From Candidatus Margulisiibacteriota bacterium (lineage in GTDB: Bacteria > Margulisbacteria > WOR-1 > O2-12-FULL-45-9 > XYB2-FULL-48-7), in the NCBI GenBank assembly GCA_018822365.1, contig JAHJKL010000042.1, forward strand, positions 1,077 through 65,076: DNA of 64,000 nt. Direction: 5' to 3'. Positions 39,610-48,814 of this stretch are shown here, piece by piece (position 1 is the stretch's first letter; every line of letters starts with the position of its first letter). The position numbers were made by a program, and so were the translations under genes. The notes beneath the pieces were generated by a model that made no database searches, was not told where the DNA came from, and saw nothing but the letters and a program-made list of their open reading frames with translations.

Positions 39610-40269
39610 TTATTGCTCTGATTTGGGGTAACCGACCGGAATTAAATAAAAAGGATCACGGGTATCGGGCAGATCCAGAAGCTTGGCGATAACATCGTCC
39701 CAAAAAGCGCCAACCGGGACCGCGCCCAGGCCGAGCGCGACAGCCTGCAGCAGGATGTTTTCCGCCGCGTGACCAACCTCCATATTGATATACCGGTATG
39801 AGCGTTGGCCAAATTTCGCTTGAGTGATACGGAAATTACCGCAAATAATGATCACGCAAGGGGCTTCGCCAATGAACTGCTGGCCCAGAGATGCCCTGAC
39901 GATCGACCCGCGTTTGTCTTCTTTGGAGATCTCAACTAATTTGTTCCCATCGGGAACATATTCAAATACTCCGTCTTTTTTGGCTATGTATAAATTAAGC
40001 GGATAAAGGGAACCGGAAGAGGGGGCAGCCCGGAAACCCCAGCTTTTATCGGTGATCCCCTGGCCGGCCCACAATAACTGGGAGATCTGATCGAGGGTCA
40101 GATCATTGGGATGGAAACTTCGCCAGGAACGCCGGCGAAAAACCGCTTCTTCCAGCGGCATCTTTCCAATGATCTTTGGTTCCGGGAGTTTGATATATTT
40201 TTTTTCAGCCGCAGCCAGGTCGGCCAGCAGGGATAATAACAATAAAGAAAATAATATCTTTTTTATCAT
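39610..40269 (-). CDS. SagB/ThcOx-like nitroreductase family protein with a signal peptide
   Basis: RRS.R, LLWAGQG, RAAPSSGSLYPL and EVGHAAEN..LQA. Confidence 0.88.
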   Translation of the reverse strand: MIKKILFSLLLLSLLADLAAAEKKYIKLPEPKIIGKMPLEEAVFRRRSWRSFHPNDLTLDQISQLLWAGQGITDKSWGFRAAPSSGSLYPLNLYIAKKDGVFEYVPDGNKLVEISKEDKRGSIVRASLGQQFIGEAPCVIIICGNFRITQAKFGQRSYRYINMEVGHAAENILLQAVALGLGAVPVGAFWDDVIAKLLDLPDTRDPFYLIPVGYPKSEQ

Positions 40270-40697
40270 TAGTCGTTTATGGTGATCTTAAACTTCTTTA
40301 AAAGCTGGTTGTTCGCGCGATCGACAATTGTTCCGACATAGATCCCGTTCCCCGGCAGGGTCCCGTCGTCAGCCCGGCCGGACCATTTGACCTTGTTAAG
40401 TCCGGCAGTTCCGCCGGCCCGACCGGCAGAAAAAATGAATTTTTTTACTATATCCCCATTAACTGAGACGACAAATATATCGATATCGGCATCATGCGAC
40501 AACCGATATTGAATGATCAAGTCCTTGTCTCTGCCGCGATTGTAAGGAGAGGGAAAAACCAGCGCGTCTCCGATCACCCGGTAAGGGCCTCCGCTGACTT
40601 CGGCCGAAGTACGGGCAGTAAAAGGGATCGATCCCATGGCAAACCCGGTCGTGGTAATAGACCAAAGCAAAATTCCGATCAAAAACAATCGACCCAT
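40269..40697 (-). CDS. Exported protein with a FlgD-Ig-like domain
   Basis: Signal peptide; FPSPYN...G.IVKK...W.G....G....NGIY; start moved to 40697. Confidence 0.65.
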   Translation of the reverse strand: MGRLFLIGILLWSITTTGFAMGSIPFTARTSAEVSGGPYRVIGDALVFPSPYNRGRDKDLIIQYRLSHDADIDIFVVSVNGDIVKKFIFSAGRAGGTAGLNKVKWSGRADDGTLPGNGIYVGTIVDRANNQLLKKFKITIND

Positions 40698-40726
40698 AAA
40701 TGGGATGTTAGCACAAATATTAATTG

Positions 40727-40767
40727 GAGAAAAGCCCCGAATGCGGCTAAAACCGCATCCAGGGCTT
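40727..40767 (-). terminator. Intrinsic terminator downstream of ssb
   Basis: Minus strand AAGCCCTGGATGCGG-TTTTAG-CCGCATTCGGGGC-TTTT. Confidence 0.7.
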
Positions 40768-40773
40768 GATTCT

Positions 40774-41139
40774 CTAGACTTCAACAAGTTCGGTCTCTTT
40801 TTCCGATTCTTTGTAAAACTTAGCGTCAAGCATCTGCATTTCGTCAAGAACGACCTCGGTTGCGCTTTTCTTCTGTCCATCCTTCCCTTCATAACTCCTG
40901 ATCTGAAGGCGACCCTCAACCGCTACCAGTTTTCCTTTTTTCAGATACTCTCCGCAGATCTTGGCCAATGAACCAAAGGCGACACAATTGATAAAATCGA
41001 CCGCGTCGGTCCCTTTTTTCTTGCTTCCGCGATTGATCGCAAGCCGAAAATTAGTCACTGCCAGCTCGTTGCTGGTGTAGCGAACTTCTGGATCGGCGAC
41101 CAAACGGCCAGCCAAAATTGATCTGTTTAATCCTCTCAT
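40774..41139 (-). CDS. ssb: Single-stranded DNA-binding protein (short form)
   Basis: LNR.IL.GRL..DPE.RYT, DFINCV.F and KG.LV.VEGRLQ.RSY; GGGGGTG RBS. Confidence 0.93.
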   Translation of the reverse strand: MRGLNRSILAGRLVADPEVRYTSNELAVTNFRLAINRGSKKKGTDAVDFINCVAFGSLAKICGEYLKKGKLVAVEGRLQIRSYEGKDGQKKSATEVVLDEMQMLDAKFYKESEKETELVEV

Positions 41140-41265
41140 CTTCTTCACCCCCTTTATCCGGTATTTTGGTGCCAGGTCCATAAATACCGTTCACCGATAA
41201 ATAAAGCAATATTATTGCCATGAGGGGTGATCAGTTGGAAGATTAAAAAATATGACGAATATCGG

Positions 41266-41670
41266 TCAATTACTTTCTGTTTTGTATCCGCAACCGGGAA
41301 GAAAAAATGGTTTTTTAAAATAGTCTACCAGAGGGTAGTTTCGGCAGAGTGGGGGACGCCAAAAGTAGGCTCCGCATTGACCATTAGATTTCTGTTGCCG
41401 GCACTTAAAAACCAGTGCCGGATAATCGGCATCAAAGCGGAGCAAATCAAAATCAAACAACCAGCTAAACCATCGGGTAAAAAAGCCAATAAAAAACCGG
41501 CTTCTGGCTTGCGCCGGGGACAAGGTCAAATAAATCTCCCGGCAGCATTGGCCGCAGCAGAGACAGTTCCCAGCTCGCCGCCAGGCGGTTGGGAATAAAT
41601 GGCGCAAGGCATTCATTAAGGCATTATCAATTACCCAGACCATGATGATAAAACGTTTAATTATCACCAT
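41266..41670 (-). CDS. YkgJ-family cysteine-cluster protein
   Basis: CLCCGQCC...C...C..Y..RP..CR.YP...CGY. Confidence 0.8.
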   Translation of the reverse strand: MVIIKRFIIMVWVIDNALMNALRHLFPTAWRRAGNCLCCGQCCREIYLTLSPAQARSRFFIGFFTRWFSWLFDFDLLRFDADYPALVFKCRQQKSNGQCGAYFWRPPLCRNYPLVDYFKKPFFLPGCGYKTESN

Positions 41671-42880
41671 CTGCTTTGCGATTGAAGACCCAGATCCATT
41701 GGTTTTCACCTTCGGTAGTTTTCCAAAGATCCGGCATATGGCCCGAAACAATGATCAGGGAAATCAGCCTAATAGTATCGGAGTAATAACCTCCTTTTTC
41801 ACCGGTCTTCATTTGCAAAAGATAATTGTACAGTTTAAGCAGCCAGGGCTTATATTCTTCCGAAACCATCGCCGCCACGCAAAACGGCCCAATAAACGCG
41901 GCATTGCTGTATTGGCCGATCGACACGCCGTCGATCGTATATCCATCAGCGATCGCCTCCGGATTCCCGTCACATTTATCAAGGATCCAATTGGAAAGCC
42001 TTTTCAGGTAGTGGTCCCCTTCGCCATTCCAAAGATAATTGAGACCGAGCTTGAGCGGGGTAATACAGGCGTTATACGTATAATCATAGCTCAACTGGGT
42101 CTTTTCGCCGGTCGCGCTGCACCAATCCGGATATAAGCCGGTGTAATATCTATTATAAAACAGGGAGTACATTTGTTCCGCATTTTCGTCAACTTTCAAC
42201 CAGTCATCATTGAATTTTGCCCAGGCCTTATAATATGCCGGTGAATAAGTAGAGGGACTGGTCGTTGCCGATCCTCCCCAGCCGGAAGTCGGTTTAACAA
42301 TAAAGGAACGAGGTTCGATCTCCTTGTTCATTATATTAGAGATCAGTTTCCTGGCTTCCGCCAGGTAGTTGATCTTTCCGTTGCTTCCCCATTGCCGATC
42401 GGCAAATAAGAGGGCCATCGCAACATTTTGATCGGCATCGGTAGAAGACTCTTTTTCCTGGACCTGGCCGGTCCGGCTGACCTTCCAGGACATTAAACCA
42501 GCCCCGTTCATGTTCCTTTTATAATATAACCAAAATCCGTCAAAATATTTTTTTGTCGGGTTCTTCCTGTTCTCCATCAGCACGGTGATCAGCATTCCCC
42601 AGCCGATCCCTTCAGAGATCGTATCATAATCATAAAGCGGCCCTCGGTGAACCCGGTATTCCTGGTCAGGGCCGCCTTCTTCGGCAACATAATTATTCAG
42701 CCAACCCTCGTAGGCGGAAAAAGCGTTCAACAATAAAGTATCTCGAGGCAGGTCAAGTCCGATTCCGTATCGGTATTGTACGACCTGAGGAAAGGGGATC
42801 AACGGCATAGTCCTGGCAAAAGACGAAGAGGCGAGGAGGAGAAATACCAAGATCAGTAATGTTCTTAATATAAATGACAT
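41657..42880 (-). CDS. Secreted glycoside hydrolase family 8
   Basis: TISEGIGWGM, LMSW, STDAD...AMAL..A..QWG and YNACI; signal peptide. Confidence 0.87.
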   Translation of the reverse strand: MSFILRTLLILVFLLLASSSFARTMPLIPFPQVVQYRYGIGLDLPRDTLLLNAFSAYEGWLNNYVAEEGGPDQEYRVHRGPLYDYDTISEGIGWGMLITVLMENRKNPTKKYFDGFWLYYKRNMNGAGLMSWKVSRTGQVQEKESSTDADQNVAMALLFADRQWGSNGKINYLAEARKLISNIMNKEIEPRSFIVKPTSGWGGSATTSPSTYSPAYYKAWAKFNDDWLKVDENAEQMYSLFYNRYYTGLYPDWCSATGEKTQLSYDYTYNACITPLKLGLNYLWNGEGDHYLKRLSNWILDKCDGNPEAIADGYTIDGVSIGQYSNAAFIGPFCVAAMVSEEYKPWLLKLYNYLLQMKTGEKGGYYSDTIRLISLIIVSGHMPDLWKTTEGENQWIWVFNRKADGDN

Positions 42881-42958
42881 TTTATTTGATTCCAGCTCCC
42901 TTGTGCAATCCAACTGCCAGTGATATTATAACATTGATACGACTTTTGGAGGCTAAAA

Positions 42959-43477
42959 ATGCTTACGCAATCGGTTGTGGTCCTGTTTTTCCTGTTGAAC
43001 ATCGCCCTTTTCTGGCAATTTGTTTATGGGGGAAAGTTTAAATCATATAGATATGTCGGGGTAATGTTATTTTTTCTTCTGCCGATCATTTCGGTGTTTT
43101 TTGCTCAACCCCGCTTTGAACTCGATTATTTCTGGTGGATCATAGCCGGATACTTTTTATTGGCGGCCGGAATTGCCGGTTTAATTTTGGCTGGCAAAGA
43201 ATTCAAGGGGATCAACCCTTTGGATCTGCCGGGAGAGACCCTGATCACCAGTGGACCATATAACTGGCTGCGGCACCCGCAATATTTAAGCGCGATCTTT
43301 ATTTTTATTGGTTGGTGGTGGATCTTTGCCGCTGTCTACTCGTTCTACTTTGGGATGATCATAATCGCCACCATCTGGCTCAACGCATACCTTGAAGAAA
43401 AAATTCTTTTACAGAAAAAATTCGGCCAAAAATACGCTGAATATCAGATCTCGGCCGGGATGTTCTGGGTTAAGTAG
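42959..43477 (+). CDS. Isoprenylcysteine carboxyl methyltransferase-like membrane protein
   Basis: LITSGPY.WLRHPQY and EE..L..KFG..Y.EY. Confidence 0.85.
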   Translation: MLTQSVVVLFFLLNIALFWQFVYGGKFKSYRYVGVMLFFLLPIISVFFAQPRFELDYFWWIIAGYFLLAAGIAGLILAGKEFKGINPLDLPGETLITSGPYNWLRHPQYLSAIFIFIGWWWIFAAVYSFYFGMIIIATIWLNAYLEEKILLQKKFGQKYAEYQISAGMFWVK

Positions 43478-45431
43478 CCTGCCAGATCTTTTCGTTGTAT
43501 TCCCTGATCATCCGATGGGTTGAGAAAAACGCGCTTTGTTCAATGCAATTGATCATCATATCTACCCAGGAACTATCCTGCGCGTAATAAGTCGTCACCA
43601 TTTCTTCCAGATTTTTATAGAGCGCTTTTGAATCCTCATCGAGCTTCAGGTCTCTTTCACTCCCAATCTCTCCCGGAGGGGGAACATAGCCAAATATTTT
43701 TCCAATCCCTTTATCGGCCGCTTCAACAACCCAGCCATCAAGGGTGCTTAACTGAGGAACACCGTTCAAAATCGCTTTCATCCCGCTAGTCCCCGAGGCT
43801 TCAAACGGCGGTAGGGGGTTATTTAACCAGACATCCACCGAATTGGTTAGTAACTTTCCAAAATATGTATCGTAATTTTCTAAAAAGCAGATTCGAATAA
43901 GCTTTCTTTCTCCATTTAACAATGTGATCTTTTCCAGCATTTCGTCCATGTGGATGGAAGCGGGGACATCGGCAGGGTGCGCTTTTCCAGCGATCACTAT
44001 CTGCAGTTGGCCAATTCGCCTGGCAATATCAATTAGCCGGTTGGGGTCTTGAAGTAACATGCTGGGACGTTTATATGGAGCGATCCGACGTGCCCAGCCA
44101 ATCGTAAAAGTATTTGCGTTAAAATACCAATATTCAAGCACTTTGGCCAAATTCTCTTTGTTTTTTTGATGCGCTGACCACAAATCCTTTCTAAATGCCT
44201 CATTATTTCTCAGGTTAACAACATTTTTTAATAATGTTGGATCAGCCTGCCAGTTACCAAGAACCTCCTGGTACTTATCAAATAATTCTTTAAAAGAATG
44301 GGAAAGCCAGGTAAAGGTGTGAATTCCATTGGTAATACTCTGAATTTTGTCTTTAAATTGAGGAAATTGCAGCCTTGTGACTTCTCCATGTTTTTGCGCG
44401 ACAGCATTTATATGAGCAGAAGTAGACATTGCCAATTGAGTTAAATTCGCAATATTGCTATTTTTCAAGTCACGTCCGTATTTTTTGACTATTTCGCTCC
44501 CTTCATTCCCAATTGCCATTGAAAGCTCTTTTAGGTCAAAACGATCATGACCAGCTTCAACAGGAGTATGACATGTATACGCGAAACTTGACTTAAGGCT
44601 ATCTGGAGCTATATTTTTAGCTTTCTCAACAAACGCAAAAGCAGCATGACCTTCATTTAAATGATTGATTTTTATTGAGTATTTAAGGGAATTATAGGCA
44701 TTAACACCACCCATGCCCAAGATCATTCTTTGGGCGATTTTTATCCAGGCATTTGAACTTCGGTACAATTGCGCGGTTAATTCCTTAAAATACTCTGGAT
44801 TTGAGTCAAGGTTTGCATCAAGCAATATTAATGGAACAACATTTTTTAAATCATTGGAGTAAACATAATATTTCCAAAGCTTTAAATGCAGCGGCTGACC
44901 GCTTAAATTTATAGTAACAACATTTTTTAAAGGAATTAGCCCTGGATATGTGTCTGGATCCCAGGAAATCTCTTCGGGAACCTGGCCACCAGCTCTAAAC
45001 CAGAATTTTTGCTTAAAATACCCTTTATGCCACAATATCCCGATCCCGGTCAGCGAAATATTCAGATCGGCCGCTGATTTAAGCGAATCCCCAGCTAAAA
45101 CACCCAAGCCACCGCTATAGATCGGCAGGTCCAGGAGCTTATTAAATGGTAAGGAATGATAATAATCCATATCTTTCATGTTGGAAAAGACTTCATGCTT
45201 GCTGATCACATTAAGCGGGCTAATAGAGTTAACTGTTTTAAAAGTGTGATACACGCTTGGGGCAAGGCCAAATTCCATAGAAAAATAAGCAATAGAAGGT
45301 TTATTCTGTAATCGTTCTTCGGCTTTTATTATCGGTTCTATAGGAAAACCAAAGAACTCGCTGTCAGAAATATCTTTTAAATACTTTTCTGAGGTATCTA
45401 TCTGCGATAATTGAATGAATTTTTCACGCAT
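43470..45431 (-). CDS. glgP: Alpha-glucan (glycogen) phosphorylase
   Basis: YFSMEFGL, YSGGLGVLAGD, HLNEGH, ITNGIH and EASGTSGMKA. Confidence 0.95.
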   Translation of the reverse strand: MREKFIQLSQIDTSEKYLKDISDSEFFGFPIEPIIKAEERLQNKPSIAYFSMEFGLAPSVYHTFKTVNSISPLNVISKHEVFSNMKDMDYYHSLPFNKLLDLPIYSGGLGVLAGDSLKSAADLNISLTGIGILWHKGYFKQKFWFRAGGQVPEEISWDPDTYPGLIPLKNVVTINLSGQPLHLKLWKYYVYSNDLKNVVPLILLDANLDSNPEYFKELTAQLYRSSNAWIKIAQRMILGMGGVNAYNSLKYSIKINHLNEGHAAFAFVEKAKNIAPDSLKSSFAYTCHTPVEAGHDRFDLKELSMAIGNEGSEIVKKYGRDLKNSNIANLTQLAMSTSAHINAVAQKHGEVTRLQFPQFKDKIQSITNGIHTFTWLSHSFKELFDKYQEVLGNWQADPTLLKNVVNLRNNEAFRKDLWSAHQKNKENLAKVLEYWYFNANTFTIGWARRIAPYKRPSMLLQDPNRLIDIARRIGQLQIVIAGKAHPADVPASIHMDEMLEKITLLNGERKLIRICFLENYDTYFGKLLTNSVDVWLNNPLPPFEASGTSGMKAILNGVPQLSTLDGWVVEAADKGIGKIFGYVPPPGEIGSERDLKLDEDSKALYKNLEEMVTTYYAQDSSWVDMMINCIEQSAFFSTHRMIREYNEKIWQAT

Positions 45432-45468
45432 ATTAATCGTACCTTTCTAATTAATGATTATGTTTTGC

Positions 45469-45497
45469 ATTATAGTTTATGAATCATCTTTTGTGAA
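45469..45497 (-). promoter_or_regulatory. Sigma-70 promoter for glgP (TTCACA-N17-TATAAT)
   Basis: Near-consensus hexamers with a 17-nt spacer. Confidence 0.65.
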
Positions 45498-45732
45498 GTG
45501 GTTTTTCCAGTAGGGGGCATAATAAGTTGTAAGGATTAAGCGATAAGAAGTAAGTATTAAAGAGACAGAAATAATAGGGCATCGCTTATTGATTTAACCG
45601 CGCGATTACCACCAGCCGCAGGAACAGAGAGACACCACATCTGAACTGTTTATTAACCCTGTGGAAAACCCCAAGGTGACGCTATTTTCCGCACCCCAGA
45701 GCCTTATTTATACGTATCATCACCCCCTCGTA

Positions 45733-45760
45733 TGTATACATAAGATATATTATGCGACAC
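45733..45760 (-). other. dif-like Xer recombination site GTGTCGCATAA-TATATC-TTATGTATACA
   Basis: 11-6-11 structure; inner CGCATAA and TTATGT match E. coli dif (GGTGCGCATAA TGTATA TTATGTTAAAT); lies in a 660-bp intergenic gap. Confidence 0.8.
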
Positions 45761-45830
45761 TGCATTTGGGTTGTTTTTTGGCTGTTTAAGGCTCTCGATT
45801 TGGCTGGTTTTTGGTAAGCGCACTTGCTAC

Positions 45831-45938
45831 TTTTAACCGCGCAATTAATTGCGCGGTTAAAAAACCGTGCACTGAAGTACACGGTTATTTCTTGCTCATT
45901 GCGACGTTCAGTTAACTGCGCACTTAAGTGCGCGATTA
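45831..45938. repeat. Cluster of palindromes: family B at 45831-45862, 45863-45886 and 45913-45938, plus a partial family A copy at 45901-45912
   Basis: TTTTAACCGCGCAATTAATTGCGCGGTTAAAA; AACCGTGCACTGAAGTACACGGTT; GCGACGTTCAGT; TAACTGCGCACTTAAGTGCGCGATTA. Confidence 0.88.
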
Positions 45939-46090
45939 GATAGGCACCGGAAAAATCAAACCAAGCCTCCCCTATTCAAAAAATGAAAAATGATTATTTT
46001 TGAAACCTGGGACAATGCTGTTATTTTGCCTGATTAAGGCTTATATTGAGGCTTTTGTAGGGTTCGTGGTCGGTTACCAGGGAAAAAGCC

Positions 46091-47689
46091 TTAAAACGCG
46101 AGCTCTTTCTTCATGATCCCCAGCTCCCAAAACTCCCTACGGCGATCGTGGCGGAGAACAACATAGCTATCACCCAGGGCTTTAATCCCCAGATAATTGA
46201 TCTCATTAAACATTACCCCAGCCGATAGATCGTAGACCCATTGGTTCCCACCAACAAAAAGATCGGTCTGCAGGTAAAGATCAAGCGAAAAACTATCTTT
46301 TAACCGCCCGTATTCTTCGAAATAAAACGGACTTAAGCCGCTATCGGCCAGTGACTTGGTCAAGACCGCTTCATAAAAAAGGAAGTCCAAATTAAAGATC
46401 GGCCGCCGGACGGTCAAGGAACTGGCCAATCTGGTCCTGGACACGGTTCCCGGCTTATAATCATCATGCTGGTAATCAAGCGATAAAAAAGCCTTGGTCA
46501 CATAAGGTTGAATGAATGGGGTCTCCAGATAATAGGAAAAGTTCAGATCGGCCCCGGTTCTTAGATAATTGCGATCGACAACCTGCGCCGGAGCGCTCTC
46601 CGGATATATCTTCGTTTCCCTGATCCGGCCATAGGTTAAGGTCGGGACTATAGTATAGGTATGATCGAATAATAATCCTTTTACTTTGCCTTTAACGCTT
46701 ATATCGTAATCCCGGTCAATAACGCTCCGGTTAATCTCTTCGTTAAAACTGTGATCGGCCCGCAGGGCCAGCGGCGCCTCGATCCCGGCGACTTTGCCGG
46801 CCAGCTCGTTTTTCTCAAAAAAGCTTAATTGGCGGCCAATCGCAGGATCAGGATAATAATTGTAAACATAAGAAATTTTTCCCTGGGCCGAGGCTCTCTG
46901 CCAACCGGTCAGATCAACTTGGAATTGTTGATGATCTGAAAGACGAACGATCTGCTGAACCTCTACCCCTCCCCCATCAATTTCAGAATATCGAAGCGCC
47001 AGATCGCCAAACCATTGCGGATTAAAAAAGTAATGACTGTGGACCGCCCCATGCGAACCGTGAAAAAGGTCTTTGGCTGCTTCCAGGGCCGGGAACGGCA
47101 GCTCAAAATATTTTCTCCGCTGATCATTGATATATAAAGGGATATAATATATCGGGACCGGAAAAAACTTTAAAATATTGCCGCGAGCCAGGGCGTACCC
47201 AGGATAGATCTCGATCCGGCTGGAAGAAAAACTAAAAACCGGATAATTAAGTGGGGAGGTCGTAACCTGGTCGGCAACTATTTTATCACCAAAGAAATGG
47301 ACCCTACCCCCCTTTAAGTAAGCCGAAAGATAGCCAAACTTCAGGTTGTCGCCGGCGTATTCTCCTGTCTTCGGATTGATCCGAAAGTAATCTCCCTCCA
47401 GCGCATATTGTTCGTAATTACCTTTGAAAACGGTCAGTTCGATCTCGTCCTGGTCGTAGCTCGCCCGGTTGGCTTTGATCTTCAACTGGTCGTAGGTCAG
47501 GCTGACCCCAAATTTATTGCTTCGATCAATAATAACCTTCCGCCCTTTATCTTTAGCAAGTTCAGGCCCCTTGATCGAGAGCAATCCATCCGGCAGTTGG
47601 TGTGAAAACACAGCGGACCAAGCGGGTATTACAAGCAGCAAGTGGAGCAGTGTAATTATAACCGCGCGCTTAAGCGCGCGGTTAATCAA
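46091..47689 (-). CDS. Probable outer-membrane protein, LptD-like
   Basis: Signal peptide; PIYYIPLY resembles the LptD PV.Y.P segment; beta-strand-like pattern and C-terminal Phe; downstream of mlaD. Confidence 0.55.
   Translation of the reverse strand: MINRALKRAVIITLLHLLLVIPAWSAVFSHQLPDGLLSIKGPELAKDKGRKVIIDRSNKFGVSLTYDQLKIKANRASYDQDEIELTVFKGNYEQYALEGDYFRINPKTGEYAGDNLKFGYLSAYLKGGRVHFFGDKIVADQVTTSPLNYPVFSFSSSRIEIYPGYALARGNILKFFPVPIYYIPLYINDQRRKYFELPFPALEAAKDLFHGSHGAVHSHYFFNPQWFGDLALRYSEIDGGGVEVQQIVRLSDHQQFQVDLTGWQRASAQGKISYVYNYYPDPAIGRQLSFFEKNELAGKVAGIEAPLALRADHSFNEEINRSVIDRDYDISVKGKVKGLLFDHTYTIVPTLTYGRIRETKIYPESAPAQVVDRNYLRTGADLNFSYYLETPFIQPYVTKAFLSLDYQHDDYKPGTVSRTRLASSLTVRRPIFNLDFLFYEAVLTKSLADSGLSPFYFEEYGRLKDSFSLDLYLQTDLFVGGNQWVYDLSAGVMFNEINYLGIKALGDSYVVLRHDRRREFWELGIMKKELAF
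47659..47684. repeat. Perfect palindrome TAACCGCGCGCTTAAGCGCGCGGTTA (family B) within the first codons of the LptD-like gene
   Basis: Read directly. Confidence 0.9.
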
Positions 47690-47691
47690 CC

Positions 47692-48813
47692 TTAGAATAA
47701 TTTACCGCCCTGAGGTTTGACCCTTATCCCTAACATAAAATTACTGTTGTTGCCATTGAGCAGGTCATCGGCCTGAAAAAGGAGGTCAAGATAATCCACT
47801 AATTCTCTCTCATAGCCCAACCTGAACTTCGGCATATTCGGCCGCGGGTTATTAATGTCGTAAAGATCGGCAATTACGTTGTTCTTTTCTCCTGGCTTGA
47901 AAACAAAGCCGCCGCCTAACTGGCTATTGATCATCCCAAGGCGGAAACTGACATCATCGGACATGGCGCTGGTAAAGAGGACGTCAAGCAGGGACATCTG
48001 CCTTGTTGGCCCTTCGCCGATCCCCAGCCGGTAATAGATCTTATCCCCCTGAAGAATATCGACATCACCCCGAACAGCGTTCGCCCGGCTCCCAATATCA
48101 ACCCCGCCCGAACTTCTCATGTTGATCTTGCCAAAATTATCAAAGAATTGATTAGCCGAAGAAAGGGTCTTTTCTGTTTCACGGATCGTCCCTTTGACAT
48201 TCTCCTGAAATTTAGGATCGCCAACAATATCTTTGATCCCCCTGTTGGTCTCGCGCAGCTCTTCGGTCAATCGATTGAGGTTCTGCGTGATCTCATCGGC
48301 CATGACGACCATATTGAGGACCGAATTCTGCAATTGCGGGTTTTCGATCATCCTGCGCAAATCAGCCAGGATCAACTTGCTCTCCTGCAGGTTCTGCGAT
48401 CCAATATCAATAAAATCAACAATAGCGGCGGTCCGCACCCCATTTATCACCATGGACGGCTCATACATGGTTTCCGCGGTCCCCGGCTTGATCTCCAGAT
48501 ATTTTAAGCCGACGATCCCGTCATAAGCGACGCGCAGGCTGGAATCGACCGGGATCTTGATCCGCGGCTCGATCACCGAAAATATCTTGATATCATAAGG
48601 GCCCGGATCGATCTTCATCACTTTGCCTATCTTCAATCCCCGGAAGCGAACTTCGGAGCCTACGGTCAGACCCTCAATGCTATTGAACGAGCCGGTCATT
48701 ATATATCCTTCCCGCATTTTAAATATCTCGGTTTTCCAGACAATGACCATCGCCAGCAAAGTCAGTGCGGTTATCGTCACGATCCCGACTTTGGCCGAAG
48801 TTGATAGGCCCAT
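47692..48813 (-). CDS. mlaD: MCE/MlaD family protein
   Basis: AKVG TM anchor; GL.VGSEVRFRGLKIGKV and GIVGLKYLEI.PG. Confidence 0.88.
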   Translation of the reverse strand: MGLSTSAKVGIVTITALTLLAMVIVWKTEIFKMREGYIMTGSFNSIEGLTVGSEVRFRGLKIGKVMKIDPGPYDIKIFSVIEPRIKIPVDSSLRVAYDGIVGLKYLEIKPGTAETMYEPSMVINGVRTAAIVDFIDIGSQNLQESKLILADLRRMIENPQLQNSVLNMVVMADEITQNLNRLTEELRETNRGIKDIVGDPKFQENVKGTIRETEKTLSSANQFFDNFGKINMRSSGGVDIGSRANAVRGDVDILQGDKIYYRLGIGEGPTRQMSLLDVLFTSAMSDDVSFRLGMINSQLGGGFVFKPGEKNNVIADLYDINNPRPNMPKFRLGYERELVDYLDLLFQADDLLNGNNSNFMLGIRVKPQGGKLF

Positions 48814-48814
48814 A

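Noticed and set aside
39610..40269. RiPP (TOMM) cluster suggested by the SagB-like gene and CPBP protease
   Set aside because: No YcaO or precursor peptide; the genes are 13 kb apart and both families commonly stand alone.
41192..41200. CCGATAA box near ssb as another sigma-28-like promoter
   Set aside because: No TGAAAT 16 nt upstream and no credible gene downstream on that strand.
45682..45882. 66-aa ORF
   Set aside because: It runs through the palindromes and the dif-like site, has no RBS and no protein-like features.
45831..45938. CRISPR array or parS sites
   Set aside because: Irregular spacing, divergent units, and no match to the parS consensus TGTTTCACGTGAAACA.
45432..46090. oriC in the large intergenic gap (TGTGGAAAA near 45660, TTTTCCGCA near 45685)
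   Set aside because: Only one or two DnaA-box-like matches, no dnaA/dnaN nearby, right-hand genes point toward the gap, and a dif-like site is present.
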